Assembly: GCA_016934265.1 (NCBI GenBank)
Contig: JAFGTF010000078.1
Location: 10,459 to 74,458 of the forward strand
Length of the DNA stretch: 64,000 nucleotides
Direction of reading: 5' to 3'
DNA from: Spirochaetota bacterium
GTDB taxonomy: Bacteria > Spirochaetota > B62-G9 > DRHN01
The translations under genes were made by a program, and so were the position numbers. Numbering within the stretch: position 1 is the stretch's first letter; each line of letters starts with the position of its first letter. Shown in pieces: positions 35,528 to 45,871 of this stretch. The notes under the pieces are model-generated. The model had not been told where the DNA came from and made no database searches. It saw only the letters and a list, made by a program, of their open reading frames with translations.

Positions 35528-38305
35528 TTGTTTCTTAAAAGTCTGGACATACTGGGCTTCAAGTCTTTTGCCTCCAAAACGAGCTTTACATTCAAACCAG
35601 GCGTCACCGCCCTCGTCGGTCCGAATGGATGCGGCAAGAGCAACGTCGTCGACGCGATACGCTGGGTTCTCGGTGAAGCGAATGCGAGATCTCTTCGTGG
35701 TGAGATCATGGACGATATAATCTTCGCCGGATCGGAATCGCAGAAACCGCTTGGAATGGCCGAGGTAGGCATGACCATCGTGAACGACGATGGGCTTTTA
35801 CCCATCGACTTTTCCGAAGTGAACGTCAAACGGAGATTATACAGGTCGGGCGAGAGCGAATTCCTGATCAATAATAATTCGGTTCGTCTCAAGGATATAC
35901 AGGACCTGTTCGCGGATACCGGTATCGGAAAGGCATCCTATTCCGTGATGGAGCAGGGAAACATCGACTCCCTTTTGAGCAACAGGCCCGAAGAGCGGAT
36001 GTATATATTCGAGGAGGCCTCAGGGATCACTCGGTACAAGATGAGGATCCGGGAATCCTACCGTAAGCTCACCGCCACGGAGGAAAACATTAACCGTCTG
36101 GGGTTCGTGATAAGCGAGGTCGAGAAAGAGTACAAAAATCTCGAGCGGCAGGCCAAGAAGGCCGAAGAGTACAAGGCGCTCAAGCAGAAAGAGATCGAGT
36201 ACGAGACGCTCTACCACTACCATCGCGTGAAGGAGCTCAAGGAAAGGGTTCAAAAGAACAACACCGCCTTCAAAAAGCTTGAGGAAAGAAAAAAATCCCT
36301 CGCCGGGGCGATCGAAAAGCTGGAGGCCGCCATGAGGGATCATGTCGGCAGCGTCAAGCGAATAGAGAACGAGATCGTCGAAATACGAAGCGGTATATTC
36401 AGGCGGGACGCGGAGATCGAGGCGCTGGACTCGAAGTCCTCGCACGTCAAAGACAGAGTATCCGAGATCGAGAGCGAGATAGAGAAGAGGAGGAAGCTTC
36501 TGAAGAGGGCGGAAGAGGGTAAAAAGGCGCTCGCTAACCGTATCACCTCGAACGAAACGGAGATGGAGTCGCTTCTTTCGCTCCTCCAGTCGCAAACGGA
36601 GAAGCAGCGGCAGTACGGGGAGGAGACCGACCGAATTAACTGCCGCATCGAGGAGAATAAAAAGAAGCTCGTTACCACGACGATGCGTATCGAAAAGACC
36701 GGTCAGACACTGCTCGGTCTTCGGGAGGAACTAAAGGGGGTCGTGGACAGGCTCTTGAAAGAGATAGACGGAATAAAGGCGAGGGGAAGAGCCGATGAGA
36801 GAAAAAAGAAAGAGCTCATCGGGAAGATAGACGAGGCCGCGGCTGCGCTCGACAGCGCCCTCCTGCAGCACAATAAGAAGCTCAAAGACCTCCGTTTTAC
36901 GACGGAGAAGTCACATGTGGACGATCTCGTCGATATGCTTACCGGTGAAGCGGAAGGATTGCGGAGTAAGCTGAGCGGTTTGAAGTCCGATATATCGACG
37001 GTCATCGCGATGCAGGAGGAGCTGTCCAGGGCCATATTCGGCGAGAAGAGCTATCACTCGCAGAAGGAGAAAGTGGAGCGGAATATCGAGCTGATGCTCG
37101 CCGAAGAGGAAGAGCTCAAGAGGGAGACCGTACGGATCAACGAGGAGCTCAAGGAGGAGGAAAAAAGGAGAAACGAGTTCGTGACTCTCGTTCACGGGCT
37201 TGCCACCGACGTCGCGAGGAACATGGAAAAAAAGCGGTCGCTTCATGATAGTCTGGGAATGCTGAAGACCCAGCTGCAAAGAAGCGAGGAGTCGCTCGAG
37301 GACCTTCGTTTCGATCATAAAAAACTTGAAGAGAGGAAAACGGCCTTTGAAAAGGATATCGGGGCGCTCGAGGAGAAACGGTCTGAAGTCGAACGCGCCA
37401 AACGGGAGCTCAACGAGGAGACGAAGAGCAACAACGTAATGATAGAACGAATGGTCGCAAAGATCCGGGAGATGGAGGTAAAAGAGTCCCGGTATAGGGA
37501 GGAGCAAAAAAAGGTTTCGGGGCAGATCGAAAAAATAGAGCTCAACAATGCGGAGCTTCGTTCGAGGATCGACACGATCATCGAGACATTCAACGAGAGC
37601 TACGGGGTGGCGCTCGAACTCTTCGAACCGGAAAAACCGGTCGAAATCAAGACGGTTGGTGAGAACAGGGCCGCCGTCAAGGAGCGGATACGGGAGCTGG
37701 GACAGGTGAACCTCATCGCGATCCAGGAGTTCGAGGACGTGAAGAAGCGCTACGAGTATCTCGTCTCGCAGAGAGAAGATCTCCTATCGGCGAAGAAGGA
37801 CGTAAACGATCTCATCGCCGATACGGTTCAGTATTCGAACGACAAGTTCAGGGAAAGTTTCGACAAGATCGAGCATAATTTCCAGAGTATCTTCAAGAGA
37901 CTGTTCAACGGTGGGAAGACGCAGCTTTACCTCACCAACGACGCCGATATTTTCAACACGGGTGTGGAGATCATGGCGTGCCCTCCGGGAAAGACTCTGC
38001 GTCGGCGGTCCCTCCTCTCGGGAGGAGAGAAGGGACTTACCGCGGTATCGCTGCTTTTTGCGATTTTCATGGTCCGGCCGAGCCCCTTCTGCATCCTCGA
38101 TGAGGTTGATCACGATCTCGACGAGGAGAACATCATGCGGTTCATCAAGCTGCTAAAGGAGTTCACCGACACGACGCAGTTTATCATTATTACCCATAAC
38201 CGCCGGACGATAGAGTTTGCCGACGTGATATACGGTATCACCGCCGAGCAGGTGGGGGTATCGAAGGTCGTATCTCTGGATCTCGTGGAGCATGCGGTTG
38301 AATGA
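35528..38305 (+). CDS. smc: Chromosome partition protein Smc
   Basis: N-terminal Walker A (LGFKSFASKTSFTFKPGVTALVGPNGCGKSNVVDAIRWVLGE), long coiled coils, C-terminal signature LSGGEKGLTAVSLLFAIF and Walker B ILDEVD. TTG start with GGGAGGGG RBS. Confidence 0.9.
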   Translation: MFLKSLDILGFKSFASKTSFTFKPGVTALVGPNGCGKSNVVDAIRWVLGEANARSLRGEIMDDIIFAGSESQKPLGMAEVGMTIVNDDGLLPIDFSEVNVKRRLYRSGESEFLINNNSVRLKDIQDLFADTGIGKASYSVMEQGNIDSLLSNRPEERMYIFEEASGITRYKMRIRESYRKLTATEENINRLGFVISEVEKEYKNLERQAKKAEEYKALKQKEIEYETLYHYHRVKELKERVQKNNTAFKKLEERKKSLAGAIEKLEAAMRDHVGSVKRIENEIVEIRSGIFRRDAEIEALDSKSSHVKDRVSEIESEIEKRRKLLKRAEEGKKALANRITSNETEMESLLSLLQSQTEKQRQYGEETDRINCRIEENKKKLVTTTMRIEKTGQTLLGLREELKGVVDRLLKEIDGIKARGRADERKKKELIGKIDEAAAALDSALLQHNKKLKDLRFTTEKSHVDDLVDMLTGEAEGLRSKLSGLKSDISTVIAMQEELSRAIFGEKSYHSQKEKVERNIELMLAEEEELKRETVRINEELKEEEKRRNEFVTLVHGLATDVARNMEKKRSLHDSLGMLKTQLQRSEESLEDLRFDHKKLEERKTAFEKDIGALEEKRSEVERAKRELNEETKSNNVMIERMVAKIREMEVKESRYREEQKKVSGQIEKIELNNAELRSRIDTIIETFNESYGVALELFEPEKPVEIKTVGENRAAVKERIRELGQVNLIAIQEFEDVKKRYEYLVSQREDLLSAKKDVNDLIADTVQYSNDKFRESFDKIEHNFQSIFKRLFNGGKTQLYLTNDADIFNTGVEIMACPPGKTLRRRSLLSGGEKGLTAVSLLFAIFMVRPSPFCILDEVDHDLDEENIMRFIKLLKEFTDTTQFIIITHNRRTIEFADVIYGITAEQVGVSKVVSLDLVEHAVE

Positions 38306-38711
38306 TTTCTTAGAGTGGATCGGAAAAAACCGGGCCGTCTTCATCGCCGCCGCGGTGGCTCTCATGACGGTGGCAGTCGTTACCGGTGTTCTGGTCGGAA
38401 CCGCTGAAAGGAGAAAAACGGGTGCAGTCGGTCCCCGGGAGACTGATATGTCCGATCAGGATCTCGATCGCATTGCGAGTCCCGAGCTTTTGCTTCCTGC
38501 GCCGGTCGTACCGTCGCTTTATGAAGATAACGGATACTCCTATTACTACGACCGTTACTACGACATCGAGCGCCAGACGTTTATCCCTCTGACCGCATCC
38601 GGGCTTCTTGCGCATCTTCCGGGATACGAAACCGAGGGAATCAAACCGCTTTCCGTCCGCGGCATGGAGTTTGAGGTGCTGACCCTCTCCGACGAGCTCG
38701 CGGAACCGTAG
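38292..38711 (+). CDS. Hypothetical small membrane-anchored protein
   Basis: One N-terminal TM helix (AVFIAAAVALMTVAVVTGVLVG); overlaps the smc stop by 14 nt. No family recognised. Confidence 0.35.
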   Translation: MRLNDFLEWIGKNRAVFIAAAVALMTVAVVTGVLVGTAERRKTGAVGPRETDMSDQDLDRIASPELLLPAPVVPSLYEDNGYSYYYDRYYDIERQTFIPLTASGLLAHLPGYETEGIKPLSVRGMEFEVLTLSDELAEP

Positions 38712-38885
38712 GGGGCGGTTTTCTTTTATCACGGTCGCGAACACCTTTGCGTCGGAGAGGTGAAATGTCCGCCGTTTTCGGTGTATGAGGGTCTTCCCCG
38801 CTCGTCATGCCCCGTAAAAAATTCGTTTCACCGCATGATTGTTACTATACTATAGGTATCGCAGGAAGAATGAAAGGAGCGGACC

Positions 38886-40148
38886 GTGCGCGCAATCGGT
38901 GTTCTTTCGGCGCTGGTGCCAATAAGCTGCGCCGCCTTGTACACCGTGGTGTGCGCCGATGAGTTCATATTGCGAGGCGGCAGCGGGCAAGAGGAGATCG
39001 AAGTCCGTTCCGGCGAAGAGTTCCGTATCGGTATCGACGGCGCGGGATGGTACCTCAACCGGTACGACAGGCAGCGATTGAAGTTCCGGTACAGGATCGT
39101 CGACCCGGCTGTGACGAGTTTCGTCATCATGCCCTTGCAGACGGGGGAGGGGTATCTCCTCTTCAGTTACCGAAACGAGGACCTCTACGTCAGGGTCGTG
39201 ATCGACCGGAAGGGGGAGCCCGGGGGTACGGACGGACAGGCGCCCGCGGTGACCGATAGCGGCACCGGCGGGGATACGGGGGAACAGGCGCTATCGATAC
39301 CCGAAGGAGGTACGGCAGAGCCGGAGGCGGCCCGGGCTGCGACGCGGGAAGGGGTAGGACCGGCGGTATCTCACGATGACGGTGGTGAAGAGGCGCCCTT
39401 GCGGGAATCCAAAGACCCATCGGTACGCGAAAAGGACGAGAGCGGACGCGGGCAGGTAGGCGTAAGAAAGCCGAAAGATACCGAAAGGATCTACTATACT
39501 GACGAGGAGGGCCGAGTCGTTCCGGTCCCGGCGGACGCAGGGAGGGACGAGGGGTACGAGTACAGAAGGGGAACGGCCCTCTATAAAGGGAAACGGTTCT
39601 CGGAGGCGGCGGAAAGGTTCGTACGGTATCTGGACCGGTGCGAGGAGTGTGAAAAGAAGATCGATGCGTCGATGAAGCTTGCAGAGAGCCTTGTCGCGGT
39701 CGGGAGGGAGAAGGAAGCGATACCCCATCTCGATACGGTGATCGATTCCTCACAAGACAGCTATCGTGAGAAAGCGTATATAATGAGGGGGAACATATAC
39801 TACGACGAGGGGCTCCTAAAAAAGGCGCTTCGATCCTACCGCGGTGCTTTGGATGCCGGCGCCGCGAGCGTGGAAGTCTTACGAAGGGTCGGCGACCTGC
39901 ACTACGAGCTGAATGAGTACGGCCCGGCGCTCGAAGCGTACGAACGGCTGATAAAGCTCGGTGCGGTCGACGATGTGCTTTTCTTCCGGGTTGCGACGAT
40001 TTACGACAGTCCGGGAGAGCCGAGGGATATCGAGAAGGCATACGGGTACTATAAGCTGCTTGTTGACGGATACAGAAAGTCCGAGTATCGTCTGTTCGCG
40101 GCTAAAAGAATGGAGTTTCTCGAAAAGAACTTTTTCAACTACAGGTGA
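38886..40148 (+). CDS. Signal-peptide-bearing tetratricopeptide (TPR) repeat protein with a Gly/Asp/Glu-rich low-complexity spacer
   Basis: GTG start after an AAAGGAG RBS; N-terminal signal-like segment; C-terminal TPR-like helical repeats (ALYKGKRFSEAAERFVRYL..., GNIYYDEGLLKKALRSYRGAL...). Confidence 0.5.
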   Translation: MRAIGVLSALVPISCAALYTVVCADEFILRGGSGQEEIEVRSGEEFRIGIDGAGWYLNRYDRQRLKFRYRIVDPAVTSFVIMPLQTGEGYLLFSYRNEDLYVRVVIDRKGEPGGTDGQAPAVTDSGTGGDTGEQALSIPEGGTAEPEAARAATREGVGPAVSHDDGGEEAPLRESKDPSVREKDESGRGQVGVRKPKDTERIYYTDEEGRVVPVPADAGRDEGYEYRRGTALYKGKRFSEAAERFVRYLDRCEECEKKIDASMKLAESLVAVGREKEAIPHLDTVIDSSQDSYREKAYIMRGNIYYDEGLLKKALRSYRGALDAGAASVEVLRRVGDLHYELNEYGPALEAYERLIKLGAVDDVLFFRVATIYDSPGEPRDIEKAYGYYKLLVDGYRKSEYRLFAAKRMEFLEKNFFNYR

Positions 40149-40205
40149 AGGCGCAAATAGAAGCCGCGCCGATCCATCAGACCGGAATAGGGACGGTAAA
40201 ACGCT

Positions 40206-41546
40206 GTGCTGACGACATTGACACAAAAGCTGGCAGGGGTATTCAAGAAGGTCAGGGGATGGGGGAGCCTCACGGAAGGCAACATCAAGGAGGGTATTCG
40301 GGAGATTCGGCTCGCACTGCTCGAGGCCGACGTGAGCTACAAAGTCGTAAAGTCGTTTATCGACAAGGTTACCGAGGAGGCGAAGGGGGAGAAGGTGTTG
40401 AAAAGCCTTACCCCTTCTCAGCAGTTTACCAAGATCGTCCATGACAATCTCGTAGAGCTGCTCGGGGGCGCGCCGGCAGACCTCGGGATCAAATCGGGCG
40501 GGATATCCGTGATCATGGTGGTAGGTCTGCAGGGGTCGGGAAAGACCACCACGTGCACGAAACTGGCACAGTGGGTGGAACAAAACTTCGGCAAGAAACC
40601 GCTCGTCGTCGCGGCGGACCCCTACAGGCCGGCCGCTGTCGAGCAGCTCGTGCTTCTTTGCAGAAAATCGCAGATAGCGGTCTTCAACAGGGAGAATGCT
40701 CGTCCTCCCGAGATCTGCGCGGAGGCGCTGCGACATGCAAAAGAAAATTCTTTCGGTGCAGTAATCATCGATACGGCGGGGAGGCTCGAGATCGACGAAA
40801 CGATGATGGAAGAGCTCGTCGAGATCAAGAAACGGATAGATCCTCATGAGATACTCCTCGTAGCCGACGCCGCCACCGGGCAGGTCGCCGTCACGGTTGC
40901 ACAGGGATTTCATGAGAGAATCGGTATCACCGGCATCATACTTTCACGTATGGATTCGGATGCAAGAGGCGGCGCAGCTCTTTCCATGTCCTATGTAACC
41001 GGCAGGACGGTAAGCTTCATCGGGACGGGCGAGAAAGTCGAGGATTTCGAACGATTTTACCCCGATCGGATCGCCTCGAGGATACTCGAGATGGGCGACG
41101 TGGTGACGCTCGTCGAGAAGGTTAAGCAGGAGATCGATGTCGAGAAGGCGAAAAAACTCGAGAAGAAGATCAAGAAGGCGACATTCGATCTCAATGATTT
41201 CTTAGACCAGCTGAAGCAGCTGAAGAAGATGGGGCCTCTTGAAAACATACTGGAGCTCATCCCGGGCGTGCCGAAAAAGGCGAATATACAATTCGACGAA
41301 ACCCAGCTCGTAAAGACGGAGGCGATAATAAATTCGATGACACCGAAAGAGCGGGAGCACTACAAGATCATCAACGGCAGCAGGAGAAAGAGGATCGCTC
41401 TCGGCAGCGGGACGAACGTATATGACGTGAACCGTCTTCTGAACAGTTTTTCCCAGATGAAGAAGATGATGAAGAAGATGGGAAAGGGCGGTAGGGGCGG
41501 CGGGCAAAGGGGCTTTATGCCCACCTCCTTCATGAATCGGCCGTAA
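40206..41546 (+). CDS. ffh: Signal recognition particle protein Ffh
   Basis: N domain, SRP54 GTPase motifs (GLQGSGKTTT; DTAGR) and a Met-rich M domain (MKKMMKKMGKGG). Confidence 0.95.
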   Translation: MLTTLTQKLAGVFKKVRGWGSLTEGNIKEGIREIRLALLEADVSYKVVKSFIDKVTEEAKGEKVLKSLTPSQQFTKIVHDNLVELLGGAPADLGIKSGGISVIMVVGLQGSGKTTTCTKLAQWVEQNFGKKPLVVAADPYRPAAVEQLVLLCRKSQIAVFNRENARPPEICAEALRHAKENSFGAVIIDTAGRLEIDETMMEELVEIKKRIDPHEILLVADAATGQVAVTVAQGFHERIGITGIILSRMDSDARGGAALSMSYVTGRTVSFIGTGEKVEDFERFYPDRIASRILEMGDVVTLVEKVKQEIDVEKAKKLEKKIKKATFDLNDFLDQLKQLKKMGPLENILELIPGVPKKANIQFDETQLVKTEAIINSMTPKEREHYKIINGSRRKRIALGSGTNVYDVNRLLNSFSQMKKMMKKMGKGGRGGGQRGFMPTSFMNRP

Positions 41547-41620
41547 GGCGGTACAATATATCGCTTTACAAAAAAAGCGATTGACAGTATATTAAGGGCA
41601 AAATTTTTGAGGAGCTTTTT

Positions 41621-41872
41621 GTGAGCGTCAAAATACGGCTAACGCGAGTAGGTACAAGGAAAAAACCCTATTATAGAATCGTTGTAATGGATTCGAGAAG
41701 GCAGAGAGACGGTGCGTATCTCGAAAATCTGGGAGTATATCATCCACTCAATAGCGACGATCGGCAGGTGGAGGTGAAAGAGGACAGAATTCGGGAATGG
41801 CTGAGCAAGGGCGCGAGACCGAGCCATACGGTGAAAGTTCTTTTAAATAAACAGGGGATACAGATCAAGTAG
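41621..41872 (+). CDS. rpsP: 30S ribosomal protein S16
   Basis: VKIRLTRVGTRKKPYYRIVVMDSRRQRDGAYLENLGVYHPL; GTG start after a GAGGAG RBS. Confidence 0.9.
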   Translation: MSVKIRLTRVGTRKKPYYRIVVMDSRRQRDGAYLENLGVYHPLNSDDRQVEVKEDRIREWLSKGARPSHTVKVLLNKQGIQIK

Positions 41873-41918
41873 GCGCTTTCCACACACATCCATCATTCAC
41901 GGCAAAAGGAGAGAACGG

Positions 41919-42155
41919 ATGAAGGAGAAAGAGTTCCTCTTGTATATCATCAAGGCACTCGTTGATGAACCTGATGAGGTAGAGATTAACGTAGTCGAAG
42001 GTGAGAAATCGACGATCTTCGAGCTGAAAGTCGCGCAGGCTGATATAGGAAAGGTGATCGGAAAGAGCGGGAGGATAGCGAAAGCGATACGAACGATACT
42101 GAACGCAGCGATTGCACGGTCCGGCAAGAGGATCAGTCTGGATATTCTCGGTTGA
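41919..42155 (+). CDS. KH-domain RNA-binding protein (YlqC/UPF0109 family)
   Basis: ~78 aa; GKVIGKSGRIAKAIRTIL KH motif; conserved position between rpsP and rimM. Confidence 0.8.
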   Translation: MKEKEFLLYIIKALVDEPDEVEINVVEGEKSTIFELKVAQADIGKVIGKSGRIAKAIRTILNAAIARSGKRISLDILG

Positions 42156-42318
42156 TCGCGGATGCCGTATATACGGGTTTCCGCTTCCGAAGGATAGATA
42201 CCGGAATAAAGCACATCACCGCCTGAAGCGAAGGCAAAGGCTCCGAACAGTCCCCTTTCATCATCGTTTTGTGGATTTCGACGGGCGTAAGAGTGCGACC
42301 CGTTGATCAGGGCGGGTT

Positions 42319-42882
42319 TTGGGGCGGAAAAAAGAGTGGTCAAGATCCTCATACGGAGGAGTCGGTAAAACGAAGGAAGAGTATCTCATCGTTGGGAGGG
42401 TGACGAGACCGTTCGGTATTAAGGGGGAGGTGAGGGTTCTCCCGATAACGGATGACCCCACGCGCTATATCGGTATGGATTCGGTGTTTATCGGGGAAGA
42501 GGGGAAAAAAAGAAGAATCGGCCTGGAGTACGCAAAAGTCTGCCCCCGATACGTCATCGTCAAGCTCGAGGGATACGATACCGTCGAAGATGCGGACCGC
42601 CTCAAAGACGAGCTCCTCTATGTTGCCCGGGACGAAGCGGTGACGCTCGACGAGGGGAGCTACTACCACTACGACTTGAACGGCTGTACCGTGGTGACGT
42701 CGGAGGGAAAAACAGTCGGAACGGTGTTCGATATCCAGAACATGGGAAGCTGCGACGTGTACTTCATCCGGGCTGAAGCCGACGGGAAGGAATATCTCGT
42801 TCCTGCGATCCACGACGTCGTAAAAACGATAGATATATCGGAAAAGAGGATCGTAATAGAGCCGTTAGAGGGGCTGTTCTGA
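42319..42882 (+). CDS. rimM: Ribosome maturation factor RimM
   Basis: YLIVGRVTRPFGIKGEVRV N-terminal beta-barrel motif and PRC-barrel C-terminal domain. The exact start is uncertain. Confidence 0.8.
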   Translation: MGRKKEWSRSSYGGVGKTKEEYLIVGRVTRPFGIKGEVRVLPITDDPTRYIGMDSVFIGEEGKKRRIGLEYAKVCPRYVIVKLEGYDTVEDADRLKDELLYVARDEAVTLDEGSYYHYDLNGCTVVTSEGKTVGTVFDIQNMGSCDVYFIRAEADGKEYLVPAIHDVVKTIDISEKRIVIEPLEGLF

Positions 42883-42962
42883 AGGCGTTATACAGCTACG
42901 GTCCCGGTACCGCTCTGTTCGGGGTCAGGAGCGAGGAACGTGCACATCGCACGCAGTGAGAG

Positions 42963-43736
42963 ATGAAATTCAACATACTCACGCTATTTCCCGGTACGGT
43001 GGGCTGCTTTTTCAAAGAGAGTATAATCGGGAGGGCGGTAGAGAACGAAATACTGAGTGTCAACATCGTCAATATCAGGGATTACTCCACCGACAGGCAC
43101 GGTAAAGTGGACGACAGTCCCTTCGGCGGCGGCAGGGGGATGCTGCTTCAGCCCGACCCGATCTTCAGGGCACTCGAAGACATAGGGGATACTGGATGGG
43201 TCGTGCATATGAGCCCCATGGGATCGAGGCTCGACCAGCGAAGGGTGAGGGAGCTTTCCCTGATCGAAACGGTCACCCTGATATGCGGCAGGTATGAAGG
43301 GATAGACCAGAGGGTCGTGGAAGCGTGGGTCGACGAAGAGATCTCGATAGGAGACTACGTGCTGACAGGCGGAGAGACGGCGGCATGTGTTCTCGTGGAT
43401 TGCGTGGCGCGCGAGCTCGAAGGCACTCTCGGCGCCGGCGAATCAAAAGCGGAGGAGAGCTTCGACGCGACCGGTCTTCTGGAGTACGAGCAGTATACCA
43501 GGCCGGCGTCGTACAGGGGTATGGAGGTGCCCGACATCCTCATCTCGGGAAACCACGAGGCAATCAGGAAGTGGAGGATGAAGCGGCGGCTCTTGAACAC
43601 GATGGAGCGGCGGTCGGATCTGCTGGCCGATGCGATGAATCGTGCAGCGCTCTCCGACGAGTATATGGCATTATTAGCAGAGATTGAGAAGGAGAAGGGC
43701 GATGAAGGAGATACAGGAGATAGAGAAGGATTATAA
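42963..43736 (+). CDS. trmD: tRNA (guanine37-N1)-methyltransferase TrmD
   Basis: [11 protein letters not shown]...; [15 protein letters not shown]; [16 protein letters not shown]-knot motifs. Confidence 0.9.
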   Translation: MKFNILTLFPGTVGCFFKESIIGRAVENEILSVNIVNIRDYSTDRHGKVDDSPFGGGRGMLLQPDPIFRALEDIGDTGWVVHMSPMGSRLDQRRVRELSLIETVTLICGRYEGIDQRVVEAWVDEEISIGDYVLTGGETAACVLVDCVARELEGTLGAGESKAEESFDATGLLEYEQYTRPASYRGMEVPDILISGNHEAIRKWRMKRRLLNTMERRSDLLADAMNRAALSDEYMALLAEIEKEKGDEGDTGDREGL

Positions 43737-44043
43737 AAAATACGATGAGGTGCCTTTTACACCCGGCGATAGGGTAAAGGTTCATGTGAAGATCGTCGAA
43801 GCAAAGCGAGAGCGGATTCAGGTCTTCGAGGGATATGTGATCGCCGTTAAAAACAGCGGGTCCGGAAAGACCTTCAGGGTCAGACGCGAATCCTACGGAA
43901 TCGGCGTAGAGCGGGTGTTCCCTTTGAATTCGCCGAGGATCGACAAGATCGAGGTGGTACGAAAGGGAAAGGTCCAGCGTGCGAAGCTCTACTATCTTCG
44001 AGACCGTATCGGTAAAGCGGCGCAGGTCAAGCAGCAGGTCTAA
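43702..44043 (+). CDS. rplS: 50S ribosomal protein L19
   Basis: [30 protein letters not shown] aligns with L19. AAGGAG RBS inside the trmD 3-prime end; 35-nt overlap with trmD. Confidence 0.9.
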   Translation: MKEIQEIEKDYKKYDEVPFTPGDRVKVHVKIVEAKRERIQVFEGYVIAVKNSGSGKTFRVRRESYGIGVERVFPLNSPRIDKIEVVRKGKVQRAKLYYLRDRIGKAAQVKQQV

Positions 44044-44129
44044 GTCGATGCTGTACGGCGTTTTCTCGGCTCATGTCGGTTTTATGCAGATCGCGCCGTT
44101 TCGGCACCGAAACAGACTGCGTGTAGAAG

Positions 44130-44768
44130 ATGGGCCACTACCGTTTTGAAAGGGAAGCCATGTGCATGCTTGAGAACAGAGCGCATGCGGATGGCTTTCG
44201 TGCCGTTGGGGGTATAGATGAGGCGGGGAGGGGGGCGCTTGCAGGGCCGGTCGTCGCCTGCTGCGTAGTGCTAGATCCGAAGCACATTCCATCCGGAATA
44301 CTCGATTCGAAGAAGCTTACCGACAAAAAGAGAAGAATCCTCTCAAAACAGATCAGGGAAAAGGCCCGATCCGTCGGGGTCGGTATTTGCGGGCCCGGGC
44401 TCATAGAGGAATACAACATCTATAATGCAACGGTTATCGCGATGAAACGGTCGGTCTTTTCGTGTGATATCAAGCCCGATTTTCTATTAATCGATGCCGT
44501 GCAATTATACGATATTTCTATTAGTTCGGAATCGATGTATAAAGGAGAGGATAAATCGGTGTCGATTGCCGCGGCCAGCATAGTCGCGAAGGTATACAGG
44601 GACGATCTCATGATTTTGTTGGCACGTGATTACCCGCAATACGGTTTCGAGATGCACAAGGGGTATGGAACGACGGTACACCGTGCCGCTCTCTTACGAT
44701 ACGGTCCCACTATAGAGCACAGGTATACCTACAGACCGGTCCGCGAAGCTGCAAAACGATGGAAATAG
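44130..44768 (+). CDS. rnhB: Ribonuclease HII
   Basis: GIDEAGRGALAGPVVACCVVL catalytic DEDD motif region; ~210 aa. Confidence 0.9.
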   Translation: MGHYRFEREAMCMLENRAHADGFRAVGGIDEAGRGALAGPVVACCVVLDPKHIPSGILDSKKLTDKKRRILSKQIREKARSVGVGICGPGLIEEYNIYNATVIAMKRSVFSCDIKPDFLLIDAVQLYDISISSESMYKGEDKSVSIAAASIVAKVYRDDLMILLARDYPQYGFEMHKGYGTTVHRAALLRYGPTIEHRYTYRPVREAAKRWK

Positions 44769-45616
44769 AAAAAACCGCGCGAAGCACGAATCATACGGGT
44801 GCACAAAAAACCTCCCCAAAGCCGGGCGACCTGATACGTGTTCGAGTGATTCGTCATGTCCGTGGAAGCTCCTACCTCGTGGAGATCAAGGGAGAAACCC
44901 GCACTGCGAGGCTGGAAGGCAGGATACCGAGTCCGCTTTTCATCGCCAGGGTACTGAAGCTTAAACCGCGAATGATCCTCCAGCACGTGAAGACCTTTAA
45001 AGAAACGGGAAACGCCGCCTCGAGTTCCGTGTACAGAGAGCTTCTGGGTCGTGAAAAATCGTTTATCCAAAAATTGATTGCCACCGATAATTTTCTTGAA
45101 AAGCTTGTAGTTACGGTGCGTCATAAGAAGGAGCTCATACGGGAATCGTTGCGTGATGCAGTCCGAAATCAGAACATATATCGAATGTTGGAAAAGAGTG
45201 GGATCGTTTCAAAGGAGGTTATCACCTACTACTGTCTGCAGCAGATGCATAATCTCCTCAATTACAGCGCCCTAACGTTATTATTCTCATTGAGAATAAA
45301 AGACCGATCCTGTCCCTGCGACCTGGCTGTTTCCAGGGCCGAGGACGGATCGGAGTACTCTTTCTTGCTCACTATTTCGTTCGAAAACGGAAGAAAAATC
45401 GCATTTTTGGTTTTTACGGACTATAAGGCGATACATTGTACCATCTCGACGAACAGCAAAGAACTGGAAACGCAGATGAAGGCGGATGTCGAAAAACTGG
45501 TCGGCGGCCTGAAACGTCTCAGGTTCGAAAGAGATGTGACGGTCCGGTTCTCACCGTACGAGGATGCCGGATTTTATACACAGGACAATCTGAAAAAGAT
45601 TGATATAAGGCTGTAG
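44759..45616 (+). CDS. Hypothetical protein (positional counterpart of Bacillus ylqG, between rnhB and the FlhB-C-like ylqH)
   Basis: 285-aa ORF with no recognisable motifs; the assignment is from synteny only. Confidence 0.4.
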   Translation: MEIEKTARSTNHTGAQKTSPKPGDLIRVRVIRHVRGSSYLVEIKGETRTARLEGRIPSPLFIARVLKLKPRMILQHVKTFKETGNAASSSVYRELLGREKSFIQKLIATDNFLEKLVVTVRHKKELIRESLRDAVRNQNIYRMLEKSGIVSKEVITYYCLQQMHNLLNYSALTLLFSLRIKDRSCPCDLAVSRAEDGSEYSFLLTISFENGRKIAFLVFTDYKAIHCTISTNSKELETQMKADVEKLVGGLKRLRFERDVTVRFSPYEDAGFYTQDNLKKIDIRL

Positions 45617-45619
45617 CGA

Positions 45620-45868
45620 ATGGCACGGAAAGCGGTAGCTTTGCGGTACAAGACTGAGGATGAAGCCCCGAAAATAACGGCCAAGGGGACGGGACAGGTA
45701 GCCGAGACAATACTTCGTATTGCGAAGGAAAGCGGTGTATATATCGAGGACAACAGACTGCTTTCGGAGGCTCTCATGCAGTTTGAAGTCGGAGATTATG
45801 TTCCGCAAGAATTGTACGAGATAGTGGCCGAGATACTTGCGTTTGTATACCGGCTCGATCTGGAATGA
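45620..45868 (+). CDS. FlhB C-terminal-domain-like protein (YlqH / EscU-YscU-HrcU export-switch family stand-alone paralog)
   Basis: ALRYKTEDEAPKITAKGTGQVAETILRIAKESGVYIEDNRLLSEAL...VPQELYEIVAEILAFVYRLD matches the FlhB C-terminal cytoplasmic domain consensus. Confidence 0.75.
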   Translation: MARKAVALRYKTEDEAPKITAKGTGQVAETILRIAKESGVYIEDNRLLSEALMQFEVGDYVPQELYEIVAEILAFVYRLDLE

Positions 45869-45871
45869 CGG